Assembly: GCA_951406725.2 (NCBI GenBank)
Contig: OX597842.1
Coordinates: forward strand, 19,034,001-19,098,000
Origin: Octopus vulgaris
Taxonomy: Eukaryota
Reading direction: 5' to 3'
Length of the DNA stretch: 64,000 nucleotides
In this document: positions 1 through 14,420 of the stretch, piece after piece
How the letters are laid out: every line of letters starts with the position of its first letter
Position numbering within the stretch: position 1 is the first letter of the stretch
The notes under the pieces: model-generated
What the model was told of the DNA's origin: nothing
Seen by the model: only the letters and a program-made list of their open reading frames with translations
Databases searched by the model: none
Position numbers and translations under genes: made by a program

Positions 1-95
1 AGAAAGGATATATTTATAACTACCAATGAGAAAATCCCAAATATAACAGTGTGTATAAACGCTGGAGAAAGTGAGAGAGATATGAAGATGAATAC

Positions 96-126
<31 letters not shown>

Positions 127-673
127 CTTTAGATGTGGAATACATGTATACAACTCTCAGTGTGTGTGTGTCTATAAAAACCTGAAAATTAAAGTAAGCT
201 AAAAATAAAAATGGGCTTTTCCTAATGCTAGTAAATACGTATGTGTGTGTGTGTGTGTATTATTTGTGTATGTATATTGTGTGTGTGTGTATTATTTGTG
301 TATGTATATTGTCTGTGTGTGTGTGTGTGTATTGTGTCTGAGTGTGTGTGTGCATTGTGATGCAATTTGTATTAGTATTTATTTATATTTGTATGTGTCT
401 ATTGTATATAATCATTCATTTAATGCCTGATGTTCCATGCTTTCTATGGTTGGACAGTTTGAAAGGCTTCAACAAATCAGAGAACCAATGCTCCAATGCC
501 TGCTTTGGTTATGGTTTCTATGGCTGGATGCCTTTCTTGAGATGCCAACCACTTTACAGCATGTACTGGGTGCCTTCCTGTGTGGTCCCAGCAGCTATCA
601 GATTGCCTACAAGACTAAGACCCAAGGAGAGATAATTTGGTGACTCAGAAGAATGATCAATGTAAAATATGGA

Positions 674-987
674 TAGTTAGTTAGTTAGTTAATTTTTGGG
701 CACAAAAAGCAAAAAGCAAGGCCATGTAGGGAACATGGAGTTATGTACAGGGAGGGTGTTCATGCAAAGAGTTCAGGCCACTTGAGGTCAAGGGAGACTT
801 TGAACTGAGCGGTCGTCGGCATCTTCACCATCTCGTCTGGCAGCTTATTCCATGGATCCGCAACCCGGACGGAGAAAGCCCCTCTCCTTCAATTGAGATG
901 AAATCGTCGCAGATAGAGCTTTTCGGAATGACCCCGCAGCCAACGCTCTGGAGCAGGTGTGAAGAACAGCTCTTTCGAGAGGTTACA
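674..987 (-). mobile_element. CR1-clade LINE 3' end (5'-truncated) with (TAAC)n tail
   Basis: Minus strand reads LRGHSEKLYLRRFHLN*RRGAFSVRVADPWNKLP...FKVSLD, the typical CR1 ORF2 C-terminus, then a short 3' UTR and (TAAC)n; the same tail recurs at ~49522-49571. Confidence 0.8.
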
Positions 988-1229
988 CAGAGACATTATT
1001 AAGAATGTGGAGTGGATAGCAAGTGAAATTGTTTGGGGATGTGAGAAAGATAAGTGATATCAAAGAAAAGCTGGAAGTATGCAATGAAAGAAATGATGAG
1101 TGGTCTGGATGCCTTGAAGAGGAAACTGGATAAGGTTAGCACTTGTTCAAATACATGTGCATGTGTGTATGTTCAAATTTTGTGCTCAAAGCATCATAGT
1201 AATGTAAACATTATCAATACCATACACTT

Positions 1230-1590
1230 AATCATCATGATCATCATTTAACGTCTGCTTTCCATGCTGGCATGGGTTGGAAGGGTTGACTGAGGGCTGG
1301 CAAGCCAGAAGGCAGTACCAGGCTCCAATCTGATCTAGCAAACCACTTCCTAATGCCAACCACTCCGAGAGTGTAGAGGGTGCCTTTTAAGTGCCACCGG
1401 CACGAGGGCCAGTCAGATGCCACTGGCATCGACCACGCTTGAATGATGCTTTTTAAATACCACTGAAACAGGAGCCAGTCAGGGGCACTGGCAACGACCA
1501 CACTCAAATGGTGCTATTTTCATGCTACTGGCATGGGAACCAGTCAGGCGGCACTGGCAATGATCACGCTCGAATGCTGCTTTTTACATG
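1230..1590 (-). mobile_element. RTE LINE 3' UTR fragment with (ATG)n tail
   Basis: Matches the 3' UTR attached to the RT-coding element at 9414-11910 (catcatttaacgtc..ctttccatgc..gcatgggttgg). Confidence 0.75.
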
Positions 1591-1765
1591 CTTAGCAGTA
1601 TTTCGTCTGTCATTACGTTCTGAGTTCAAATTCCGCCGAGGTCGACTTTGCCTTTCATCCTTTCGGGGTCGATAAATAAAGTGCCAGTTTCACACTGGGG
1701 TCGATGTAATCGACTTAATACCTATGTCTGTCCTTGTTTAGCCCCTTGTGGGCAGTAAAGAAATA
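1591..1765 (+). mobile_element. tRNA-derived SINE family 2, partial
   Basis: B-box GAGTTCAAATTCC followed by gtcgactttgcctttcatcctttcggggtcgataaa core; several copies in the window. Confidence 0.75.
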
Positions 1766-2085
1766 TATATGACATGATCTGTGTCCTGATATTTCTACAC
1801 AGATCATATCGTATAGCCAGCTGGAGACAATGTCTCCTGGGGCTAAATTACAGTAACATTCGTCCTATACCAGGACTGCCGTATTATGTTGGCAAACAAT
1901 CTTTTCTCGATAGTTTTAGGTAATTTGAGTACGCTGAGCACAAATTTTCACTCGATTTTGCTCTATCAGGTCCTTAGTTTGACAGCATGATATGACCTAC
2001 GCTACATTCAAATGAAATCCCCAATCTAATATTTAAGGGTCTGCCACCTCAAGAATTAGTTGAAGATGTTCCAGAAAATACTGTT

Positions 2086-2962
2086 ATGCACTCTGGGGAG
2101 TTTGACCCCAGCGTATTTGAAAGTCAAAATGATTCACAAAAATTTAACCGGGTCAAGTTGAATGACCTTGTAAGGGATCTAAATGTGCCAAAAAAAAAGG
2201 CTGCAGAAATTTTCACTTCAGGACTGAGAGAGAAAAACTTGCTTACTTCAGACATGACATTTTTTCAGCAGAAGAGAACTTCTTAAATATTTTAGAACAG
2301 AGTGTAGATTAGTATATTGCTGTGGCATACCTGGTTTCTTGCAGGAGATGGGGTTTGAGTCTTGCGATGCAAATGACTGGCGCTTGTTTTTAGACGGTTC
2401 AGAGTGAAGTCTTAAGTGTGTGTTGTTGCATAATGGCAATCTATACTACTCGATACCGACTGGCAACTCAACAAAATTAATAGAAAATTATGAACAGGTG
2501 CAGGTAAGTATGTGTGGTAAGTAGCTTGCTTACCAACCACATGGTTCTGGGTTCAGTCCCACTGCATGGCACCTTGGGCAAGTGTCTTTTACTATGGCCT
2601 CAGGCTGACCAAGGCCTTGTGAGTGGATTTGTTAGACGGAAACTGAAAGAAGCTCATCGTATATATATATATTATGTGTGTCTATGTTTGTCCCCCCACC
2701 ATTGCTTGACAACCAATTTTGGTGTGTTTACATCTCCGTAACTTAGTGGTTCAGCAAAAGAGACAGATAGAATAAGTACTAGGTTTCCAAAGAATAAGTC
2801 CTGGGGTTGATATGCTTGACTAAAGGTGGTGCTCCAGCAAGGCTACAGTCAAATGACTGAAACAAGTAAAAGAATACAGAAAAGGGTTTAAATCTTATCA
2901 AATATAGGGAACGCGAGTGGCTCATATGTGTTGACTTGAAAATGGTTAATTTTCTGCTAGGA
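2086..2962 (+). mobile_element. Degenerate DNA transposase relic, probably Chapaev3-type, interrupted by a SINE
   Basis: Frameshifted peptides LNDLVRDLN..GLREKNLL, WRLFLDGS..SLKCVLLHNGN..SIP and, after the SINE, LIKYREREWLICVDLKMVNFLLG; superfamily assignment is from motif recall. Confidence 0.6.
2497..2875 (+). mobile_element. tRNA-derived CORE-like SINE family 1, full length
   Basis: Head tgtgtggtaag..GGTTCAGTCCC, CORE-like ggcaccttgggcaagtgtctt, internal microsatellite, 3' end ggtgctccagca..cagtcaaatgactgaaacaagtaaaaga. Confidence 0.85.
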
Positions 2963-2964
2963 CG

Positions 2965-3262
2965 TGGTCGATGTCAGCGCCGCCTCAAGTGGCTTCTGTG
3001 CCGGTGGCACATAAAAAGCACCATCTGAACGTGGCCGATGCCAGCGCCGCCTTGGCTGGCTTCCGTGCCGGTGGCATGTTAAAAGCACCTACCGATTGTG
3101 GCCGATGCATGACCCCCCTGGCACCTGTGCAGGTGGCACGTAAAAAGCACCCACAACACTCGCGGAGTGGTTGGCGTTAGGAAGGGCATCCAGCTGTAGA
3201 AACTCTGCCAGATCAGACTGGAGCCTGGAGCAGCCCCTGGCTTCTCAAACCCTGGCTTCTCA
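2965..3262 (+). mobile_element. RTE LINE 3' UTR fragment
   Basis: Reverse complement of the RTE 3' UTR (ggttggcgttaggaagggcatccagctgtagaaa) with ~60-bp internal repeats. Confidence 0.75.
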
Positions 3263-3283
3263 AACATATATATATATATATAT

Positions 3284-3332
<49 letters not shown>

Positions 3333-3365
3333 TACATATATATATATATATACACATATATATAT

Positions 3366-3707
<342 letters not shown>

Positions 3708-3774
3708 CTGTTTCAACACACGACTTCACATAAAAAATCTTGCACAACAAATATTTAAACGTATATATATATAC

Positions 3775-3805
<31 letters not shown>

Positions 3806-4014
3806 CATATATACATATATATATACATATATACATATATACATATATATACATATATACATATATATACATATATACATATATATATACATATATACAT
3901 ATATATATACATATATACATATATATATACATATATACATATATATATACATATATACATATATATATACATATATACATATATATATATATACATATAT
4001 ATATACATATATAC

Positions 4015-4063
<49 letters not shown>

Positions 4064-4078
4064 CATATATACATATAT

Positions 4079-4265
<187 letters not shown>

Positions 4266-4326
4266 CATATACATATACATATATATACATATATATATAT
4301 ACATATATATATATACATATATATAT

Positions 4327-4439
<113 letters not shown>

Positions 4440-4446
4440 CATATAC

Positions 4447-4805
<359 letters not shown>

Positions 4806-4932
4806 CATATATATACATATATATATACATACATATATATATATACATATATATATATACATATATATATATACATATATATATATACATATATATATAC
4901 ATATATACATATATATATATACATATATATAC

Positions 4933-5012
<80 letters not shown>

Positions 5013-5022
5013 TCATATATAC

Positions 5023-5103
<81 letters not shown>

Positions 5104-5252
5104 GACCAGGCCATCAGATGTCACTACACATCGCTGGTTGGTATATATATATATATATAAAATATTATTAGAGACAAAACCACTATTTTGCAAAACAAAC
5201 AAGGAAAGACTTAATCAATACATAAAATTTTAATAAATAGTCAAAAAAACCG

Positions 5253-5295
5253 CCACTACAATCGTTTCTTGTCTTGATCGACAATCTTCAGGTGG
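5253..5295 (-). ncRNA. Minimal type I hammerhead ribozyme (mirror copy)
   Basis: Reverse complement ccac-CTGAAGA-ttgtc(gatcaa)gacaa-GAAA-cgattg-TA-gtgg. Confidence 0.8.
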
Positions 5296-5363
5296 ACTTC
5301 CAATTTACAAGTCAGTTTCAAATTATGACTTCATAATTTGAAACTGACTTGTAAATTGGAAGT

Positions 5364-5406
5364 CCACCTGAAGATTGTCAATCAAGACAAGAAACGATTG
5401 TAGTGG
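5364..5406 (+). ncRNA. Minimal type I hammerhead ribozyme
   Basis: ccac-CTGAAGA-ttgtc(aatcaa)gacaa-GAAA-cgattg-TA-gtgg: stems I and II, both conserved core boxes, short near-palindromic stem III and GUA cleavage triplet. Confidence 0.8.
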
Positions 5407-5584
5407 CGGTTTTTTTGACTATTTATTAAAATTTTATGTATTAATTAAGTCTTTCCTTGTTTGTTTTGCAAAATAGTGGTTTTGTCTCTAATAATATTTA
5501 ATAATATTTTACTATAAAATTGGATTTAATCCTAAATCTGATTTTTTTTCCCTGTAAATTTGGATTTATTCCCTAATATTTATT

Positions 5585-5637
<53 letters not shown>

Positions 5638-5675
5638 GACCAGGCCATCAGATGTCACTACACATCGCTGGTTGG

Positions 5676-5915
<240 letters not shown>

Positions 5916-6488
5916 ATATCTTATAAGCAAGGGCTAAAGAAAGTTTTCTAAACCCAATATACTGAAATCCACGTTTAATCTAAAACTCCATCAGGAATTG
6001 TGGCAGTATATTAAAAGAACCTTTACGGTTAAAAATTATAAATATCTTATTAGCAAAGGGCTAAAGAAAGTTTTCTAAAGCCAATATACTGAAATCCACG
6101 TTTAATCTACTTGCTACAGAAAGTTGAACTGAAATTCGGGCAACTCTACCTTTGGAACATTTAAATTTCGTTATCTCAATATTGAATCAATTTTGGAATT
6201 AACCCCATAAGGGTTCGTTCGTCTTCAGTTAAGCTTACGAGAGAATATAAGTGAGATACTCACACGTGCCCCTGGAAAACAGCGGAAGCGAATAACACAA
6301 GCACATCTGAGTAACCCCGTTATATCCAAAAATAAAGGTTCTTAGGTTAAGTCTCAGAACAACCTGTTGACTTGCCGCCACTACGTATTGTAGTGGTTAC
6401 AAGTCCCCCTGCAGCAAGCAGTAATTAGTTTACTACTATTAAAAGGGATGTAGTCTTTTTCTCTACAGAAAAAAACTCCATCAGGGAT

Positions 6489-6544
6489 TGTGGCAGTATA
6501 TTAAAAGAACCTTTACGTAAAGGTTCTTTTAATATACTGCCACA
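6489..6544. repeat. Perfect 56-bp palindrome ending a TA-embedded insert (5905-6544) with internal direct repeats
   Basis: tgtggcagtatattaaaagaacctttac|gtaaaggttcttttaatatactgccaca. Confidence 0.9.
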
Positions 6545-6730
6545 TATATATATATATATATACCGACCAGGCCATCGGATGTCGCTACACATCGCTGGTT
6601 GGTATATATATATATACCGACCAGGCTATCAGATGTTGCTATACATTGCTGGTCGGTATTTATATATTTATATATATATATACCACCCAGGCCATCAGAT
6701 GTCGCTACACATCGCTGGTTGGTATATATA

Positions 6731-7671
6731 TCATCATCATCATCATCATCATTTAACGTCCGCTTTCCATGCTAGCATGGGTTGGACGGTTCAACTGGGG
6801 TCTGGGGAGCCCGAAAGCTGCACCAGTCCAGTCAGATCTGGCAGTGTTTCTCCAGCTGGATGCCCTTCCTAACGCCAACCACTCCGATAGTGTAGTGGGT
6901 GATTTTATGTGCCACCGACACAGGTGCCAGACGAGGCTGGCAAACGGCCACGCTCGGATGGTGTTTTTTATGTGCCACCGACACAGGTGCCAGACGAGGC
7001 TGGCAGACGGCCACGCTCGGATGGTGTTTTTATGTGCCACCAACACAGGTGCCAGATGAGGCTGGCAAACGGCCACGATCGGATGGTGTTTGTTACGTGC
7101 CCACAGCACGGAGGCCAGTCGATGCGGTACTGGCTACGGCCACGTTCGGATGGTTTTCTTGTGTGCCACGTGCCACCGGCACTGGTACCACAAAGATACA
7201 AATTCCATTGATGTTCATCTATTTTGATTTGTTTTGATTTTCACTTGCCTCAACAGGTCTTCACAAGTGTCACAAGAAGGAAGATATGCACAGGTGGACT
7301 GACTACGTCCCAGGTAGGGGCCACAGGTTATGGCCTGACTAGTCTTGCCGGGTCTTCGGATGGTGTTTTTATGTGCCACCGACACAGGTGCCAGATGAGG
7401 CTGGCGAACGGCCACGATCGGATGGTGTTTGTTACGTGCCCACAGCACGGAGGCCAGTCGGTGCGGTACTGGCTACGGCCACGTTCGGATGGTTTTCTTG
7501 TGTGCCACCGGCACTGGTACCACAAAGATACAAATTCCATTGATGTTCATCTATTTTGATTTGTTTTGATTTGATTTGATTTGATTTGTTTTGATTTCAT
7601 TTTGATTTTCACTTGCCTCAACAAGGAGGAAGGTATGCACAGGTGGACTGACTACGTCCCAGGTAGTGGCC

Positions 7672-7672
<1 letters not shown>
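6731..7672 (-). mobile_element. RTE LINE 3' UTR with internal duplication and ~63-bp tandem repeats
   Basis: (CAT)n start; near-identical to 22246-22890; ~7020-7330 repeated at ~7357-7672. Confidence 0.85.
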
Positions 7673-7735
<63 letters not shown>

Positions 7736-7824
7736 ATATATACCGACCAGGCCATCAGATGTCGCTACACATTGCTGGTTGGTATATATATATATATATA
7801 TATATGCATTTATAAACATATATA

Positions 7825-9388
7825 CAGTTGCGGCCAAAATGTTCAGATCGGCATTGTTCTCGTCAGAAAAGTAGATATAATTTTTTATCAAAGTAGTTTT
7901 ATATTCTATAATTTTCACAGACAATAAATACGATATTATTTGTTATTGCCTGAGATTTTGGTGTAATTTCAGAGGATAATACAAAAGTTATGGATGATTT
8001 AGTGATTTACTACAAAACCCATGGCGGCCAAAATAATCAGAACGGTTGCTTTTACTACGTGTTTTAGTATATTTAACTGGCGAACTCTTTGTTAATATAA
8101 TGCCACTTACTCTGTTACCAATTCGTCAGCAGATTATTAAGCTTCGAAGGAAGGATAATTTATGTATTGTATCTATTTCAAAGATTGTTAACAAGTCAAA
8201 AAGTGTTGTACACGGTATTCTTAAGGTCTACGATGATTGTTGTTCGTGTGAAGCAAGAAAGTTTACAGGTAGGCTGAGAAAAACGACCAAGAGAGAAGAT
8301 CGTGCTATGGTAAAGTTGGTTAAAAAGGACAGATTTAAAACTGCTGCTGCTGTTTCTCGGAAAATGAGCATTGTACTGAAGAAAACTTTATCTCGAAAAA
8401 CTGTGTCTCGTCGTTTAGTTGAACATGACCTACAAGCAAGATCACCTGCAGTGAAGCCACTGATCAGCTCCAAGAATAAAAAGTGTCGTCTTACCTTTGC
8501 AACCGAACATGTGTTGTGATCTCAAGAAAAATGGCAAACGGTGCATTTCAGTGATGAATCTAAGTTTATGTTATTTGGCTCAGATGGGAAAAGATACGTT
8601 CATCGAAAAGTAGGTGAAAAATTGTCGCCTAAATGCCTTAAGACTAGTGTTAAATTCGGCGGAGGAAGTGTCATGGTTTGGGGGATGATATCTGGAGATG
8701 GTGTGGGCCCTTTGGTGCGATTACATGAAAAGGTAAATGCGGGAGTTTATAAACAACTTGTAAAAGATCATGTCTTGCCTGTGCTGAGAAATTCAACTAA
8801 GCGACCACCCATATTCATGCAGGACAATATACCCCATGTCTCAAGGCTAAGGTGGTCATGAACTTCCTCAAGGCTGAAAAGGTTATTGTTATGGATTGGC
8901 CTGCTCAAAGCCCAGATCTCAATCCTATTGAAAATGTGTGGAATATTCAAGGAGAACGTTTGAAAGCCAGAAATTCTAAAACAACTGAGCAATTATGGAA
9001 TGCCCTTCTGGAAGAATGGAATAAGATCCCCCAGCAAGAAATTGAAAATTTAATTTCCTCATGCAGTCGAAGATGTCAGAGTGTGATTGAAGCTAAAGGG
9101 CTTCACACTAAATATTAAATAATTCCAGTATTCTCAGTCATTTTTGATTATTTTGTTATTTTTTCAACCGTTCTGATCATTTTGGCCGCCATGGGTTTTG
9201 CAGAAAATCACTAAATCATCCATAACTTTTGTATTATCCTCTCAAATTACACCAAAATCTCAGACAATAACAATTAATATTGTATTTATTGTCTGTGAAC
9301 ATTATAGAATATAAAACTACTTTGATAAAAACTTATACCTACTTTTCTGACGAAAACAATGCCGTTCTGAACATTTTGGCCGCAACTG
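7825..9388 (+). mobile_element. Full-length Tc1/mariner (DD34E) transposon with ~220-bp IR/DR-type TIRs and TA target duplication
   Basis: TA|CAGTTGCGGCCAAAATGTTCAGA ... TCTGAACATTTTGGCCGCAACTG|TA; inner repeat GCGGCCAAAATAATCAGAACGG at ~8025 and its mirror at ~9168. Confidence 0.95.
8100..9118 (+). pseudogene. Tc1 transposase, disrupted
   Basis: HTH region, FSDESKF, KFGGGSVMVWG, FMQDN, WPAQSPDLNPIENVW, AKGLHTKY; in-frame TGA at 8517-8519 and frameshift near 8835. Confidence 0.92.
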
Positions 9389-9413
9389 TATATATATATT
9401 TATATATATATAT

Positions 9414-11910
9414 CATCATTTAACGTCCGTTCTCCATGCTAGCATGGGTTGGACGGTTCGACCGGGGATCTGGGAAACCAGAAGGCTGCACCAGGCTCCA
9501 GTCTTATCTGGCAATGTTTCTACAGCTGGATGCCCTTCCTAACGCCAACCACTCCGTGAGTGTAGTGGGTGCTTTTTATGTGCCACCTGCACAGGTGCCA
9601 GGCAAGGCTGGCAACGGCCACGATCGGATTGGTGCATTTTACGTGCCACCGGCACGGAAGCCAGTCGAGGCGGCACTGGCATCGGCCACGATTTGGATGG
9701 TGCTTTTTACGTGCCGCCGGCACGGAAGCCAGTCGAGTCGGTGCTGGCATCGGCCACGATTCGGATAGTGCTTTTTACATACCACCAGTCCAGGGTTCCT
9801 GGCATCTGCCAGGTGCCAGTCATAGGATTGGTTCAATTTCTATTCCGATTTCGATTTCACTTGCCCCAACAGGTCTTCGCAACAGGTTGGCATGGGTGCC
9901 TGTCGTCGGATGAGGTTCGATATCGACTTCACTTGCCTCAACAGGTCTTTGTGTGTCCAAGGGAGGAAAGGCATGCAAAAGTGGGCTGGGCTCACTTGTC
10001 CTGCCTGGTCTTCTCATGCACAGCATATTTCCAAAGGTCTCGGTCGCTGGTCATTTCCTCAGTGAGGCCTAAAGTTCGAAGGTCGTGCTTCACCACCTCG
10101 TCCCAGGTTTTCCTGCGTCTACCTCTTCCACGGGTTCCCTCAACTGCAGGGATTGGCACTTTTTCACACACCTATCTTCATCCATTCTCGCCACATGACC
10201 ATACCAGCGCAATCGTCTCTCTTGCACACCACAACTGATGCTTCTTAGGTCCAACAGTTCTCTCAAGGCACTTACACTCTGTCGAGTAAGTACACTGACA
10301 TTACACATCCATCGGAGCATACAGGCTTCATTCCTCGCGAGCTTACGCATGTCCTCAGCAGTCACAGCCCATGTTTCACTGCCATGTAGCATGGCTGTTC
10401 GTACACATGCATCATAGTCTGCCTTTTACTCTGAACGAGAGGCCTTTAGTCACCAGCAGAGGTAAGAGCTCCCTAAACTTTGCCCAGGCTATTCTTACTC
10501 TAGCAGTTACACTTTCAATGCATCCACCCCCACTACTGACTTGGTCCCCTAGGTAACGGAAGCTATCAACTACTTCTACTTTTTCCCCCTGGAAAGTGAC
10601 GGAAGTTGTTTTCTGCAGATTTTCAGAGTTTATTGCTCCTGAGCATCTGCCACAGACAAAAACTATTTTCCTAGTTAGCCTTCCTTTGACATTGCTGCAC
10701 CTCTTATGTGTCTATAGCTTACACTGGGTACATCTTATAGAGTTTCTACCTACACCTTTTCTACAGATTGAGCAGGGCCATCTTCCTGAAGACATTTGTG
10801 GTTTGTCTACCTTCCTACTTATTAGTACTTTGGTTTTAGCTAGGTTGACTCTAAGGCCCCTCGATTCTAAACCCTCCTTCCACACCTGAAACTTCTCTTC
10901 CAGTTCTGATAGTGACTCAGCAATTAGAGCAAGGTTGTCAGCATAGAGGAGCTCCCAGGGGCAACCTGTCTTGAATTACTCCGTAATTGCCTGGAGGACT
11001 ATGATAAATAGGAGGGGGATGAGTACTGAACCCTGGTGGACCCCAACCTCTACTTTGAATTCTTCTGTGTACATGCTACCAACCCTAACCTTACTTACGG
11101 CATCCCTGTACATGGCTTGCACAGCCCTCACCAGCCATTCATCTATCCCTAGTTTCCTCATTGACCACCAGATAAGGGATCAGGGGACCCTGTCAAAGGC
11201 TTTCTCCATGTCAACGAAAGCCAGGTACAGGGGCTTATCTTTGGCTAGGTATTTCTCCTGCAGCTGTCTCACCAGAAATATGGCATCAGTGGTGCTTTTC
11301 CCTGGCATGAAACCAAACTGCATCTCGTCCAAGTTGACTCTTCCAAATCAGTTGGGTTATGACCCTCTCTGTAACCTTCATTACCTGATCCAACAGCTTG
11401 ATACCTCTGTAATTATTTGTATCTAGGGCATCTCCTTTACCTTTGTAGCAGTTGACTAGTATGCTGCTACACCAGTCATTGGGTATGACTCCTTCGTGTA
11501 TCACCTAGTTAACTATACGGGTGACTAGGTTATAGCCGACACTGCCAGATATTTTGAGCATCTCTGCAGTAATTCCTGATGGGCCTGGGGCTTTCCCTGT
11601 CTTCATGCTTCTAATTTCCTTAACTACCAAAGAATTGTCAACTCGGATGGCTGGTCCCTCTGTTGGGTTGACATTCGGCAGACTCTCTTTATCCCATTCA
11701 TTTTCTTTATTCAGCAACCTTTCATAGTGGCATCTCCAAACCTCTCTCTTTGCATCCTCATTTAGCGCAAGTGAACCATCATCCATGCGGACACATTTCT
11801 CTCCTACCACGTCACGATGCTCTCTCACACACTGTCTTGCAACACGAAATACCTCAAGTCTTTCATCCTCATGGCGCAGAATATTGGCAAATTTTTTCTT
11901 ATCCTGGCAA
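9414..11910 (-). mobile_element. RTE-clade LINE, 5'-truncated, disrupted reverse transcriptase plus 3' UTR
   Basis: KAPGPSGITAEMLK, YKGKGDALDTNNYRGIKLL, VGVHQGSVL.PLLF, LYAD-type motif near 10940, HGSETW, RRLRWYGHVARM; several frameshifts/stops. Confidence 0.93.
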
Positions 11911-12109
11911 TATATATATACCGACCAGGCCATCAGATTCTGGTATATATATGTGTGTATATATATATATATATATTTTCGCCAAGATCTTAGGACCCCC
12001 CCCCTTGGAGTGAGCATGCTGTCCAGCAGAGCAAAAATAATTCTTTTCTTTTTCCCTCTCTTTTTTTCTTTAGCACTTGTTCCAAATACAAAAGTACAAG
12101 CACACACGT

Positions 12110-12152
<43 letters not shown>

Positions 12153-12353
12153 ATCCATCACCCTCTTGTACTCTCTTATATTCCTCCCCACCACTATAAA
12201 ATGGTCAAAACTTTTCACACACAAACTTTTCATTTGAAAACCCCACTAGAATGGGAGAAAGCACTAATATGTGATAGAAGTTATAAGATGTATAAAAACA
12301 TGTAATATACAAATAAATATCCGTAAATATAAAACCATCCGATTTTCTGAGTA

Positions 12354-12432
<79 letters not shown>

Positions 12433-12717
12433 AAGTAGATAAATGAATTATCTTATTACGGGAATTTTGTTAAATCTTCGTTCAGCTCAATTTCTTCCTA
12501 CACGTTATATATATATATATATATATAGATCAATAAATGGTGGGGTTGTGTTGACCGCACGTGGAGAAATGATAAGTAAGGAAAAATATTTTTAAAAATC
12601 CAGAATGCTCAAATGAAAGAAAATTTTAATAAAATGAGAAATTGATAAAATATATAAATATATATTTATTCAACCGGTTTTCGTCATTGTATGACTTGTC
12701 AAGAATATTTATGTTTT

Positions 12718-13560
12718 AAATCCCTTTCAATTTAGCTAAAAGGGTATGCACCATTGTCTCGGATCCAAAAACACGAGAAATACGCCTTCAAGACCTCAAA
12801 AAAACACTATTACAACGTCAATATCCCTCCACCCTTATAGAGTATGGAATAAAACGCGCCAAAGAACTAGACAACACTACACTGAAAACCACCCAACCTA
12901 ACACCACACACAACCTCAAAATACTTCCATACATTTCCACCCACAACCCCAAAAATATCGAAGCATACACCACAATCATACAAAACCTCAGTCTACTGTC
13001 AACAGACCCAAAAATGAAAAACATTATAAATACACACAAAATCCTCAAATACAAAAGGCAACACAAATCTTTAAAAAAACTCTTGACAAATGCCAAACTT
13101 CACACACCACATCCACCCCCAACAGTAAAAAAATGTGCACGCTCAAACTGTGGTACCTGCCCCTTTCTACTTGAAGGCTCTGAATTTACCTTCAAACAAG
13201 GTACAAAGTTTAAAATCAAGACTAACTTCTCCTGTTCCTCCGAGAACCTTATCTATGTTCTCACATGCGCTGGTTGCCAACAAAATTATGTTGGACAAAC
13301 GAGTCTCCCGTTACGTAAATGAGTAACGGTGCATAAAGAACAAATAAATCTCCCGGAATACCGACAAATTCCACTGAGTGACCACTTAGACTCATGTGCT
13401 AAAGACTTAAACCCCAAATTCTCTATAATCCCCTTCTACCAATGTAAAGACGGGATCACCACACAGGAGAGAATTAACAAGGAGAATCTCTTTATTGAAA
13501 ATTTCCAAACACAACTTAATATGCAAACTCCTCGTTGATCAAACTTCCTTTCTCTACCTC
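12718..13560 (+). mobile_element. Penelope-like retroelement fragment (RT C-terminus, Cys linker, GIY-YIG endonuclease)
   Basis: IPFNLAKRVCTIVS..YP..LI; CARSNCGTC; NLIYVLTCAGCQQNYVGQT..LRK*VTVH; ERINKENLFIENFQTQLN; one in-frame stop at ~13321. Confidence 0.88.
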
Positions 13561-14420
13561 ACTCTTCATGGATGGACTAACACAAATATATAAAGATACC
13601 ATGCATTCATCACTTCAAACTAAAACCTATATTCTTTAAATATCATTTTTACTATTGTTGTTATCACTATCATTTTTATTATAAATGATATGACAATTTG
13701 ATATGCAATTGTCTATGCAGATTTATATAATTAGAAAATAGTATAAATAAAGTGTTAAAATCTGAAAGTTAAGTTAACAAGCAATTATATAAAAAAGATA
13801 ACGCAAATGAAGCTAAAATGATAATTTTATAATTTGGGTTTTATTGAAGAACTTGTAACGTGAAAGGATCTATTATCGAAGCACTGGAAGGGTGTCGAGA
13901 TCCTCTCTAGTCACATACAAAATTCTTGCAGAAAACAAACAGACGAAACTCAGGTTAAAGGTGAACAGACAACTTGGTTTATTGATTCAGCGTAGTATGT
14001 TGTCTGATGGGGGAATAGACAGCCTCTGATATACTGCTGGTGTTGGTCGTTGAGGTTGGTTGAAGTTGGTGTGTGGCTGTCAGAGCCAGGTAAATGTATT
14101 TGTATTTGTATATGTATTTGTTTTTTTATGCCAGGAACTACATTGGTTTGCTTTAATTACCGAAACGAAATCCCAACGATGTCAATTATACCTTTCATTG
14201 CTTTGGGATGAATAAAATAAAGACCCAGTCAAAACAAGAGGTCGATGGTAGTTACTAACTCCCCGAAACCACCATCAGTAGGCCTTTTAATAAAAACTTT
14301 GCTCCTAGCAGATAACTGAAGAAACAATTATATCAAGGAGAATAACTTGTACGAGCGACTGACCAAACTCTACTTTACCACCTTCAGAAAATGCGAATGT
14401 TTTGAAACTGTTAATATTGT

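Larger units (their letters stand above)
5159..5499. repeat. Fold-back palindrome (~168-bp arms), probably inverted Penelope-like terminal repeat
   Basis: Near-perfect inverted repeat centred at ~5329, inserted in (TA)n, with a hammerhead motif in each arm. Confidence 0.85.

Noticed and set aside
11505-12233. 242-aa ORF (and 22873-23709, 278 aa) as host genes
   Set aside because: Chance fusions of RTE ORF2 fragments with flanking microsatellite or Helitron sequence
13856-14090. Possible solo LTR starting TGTAACG
   Set aside because: No matching CA end, target duplication or second copy in the window
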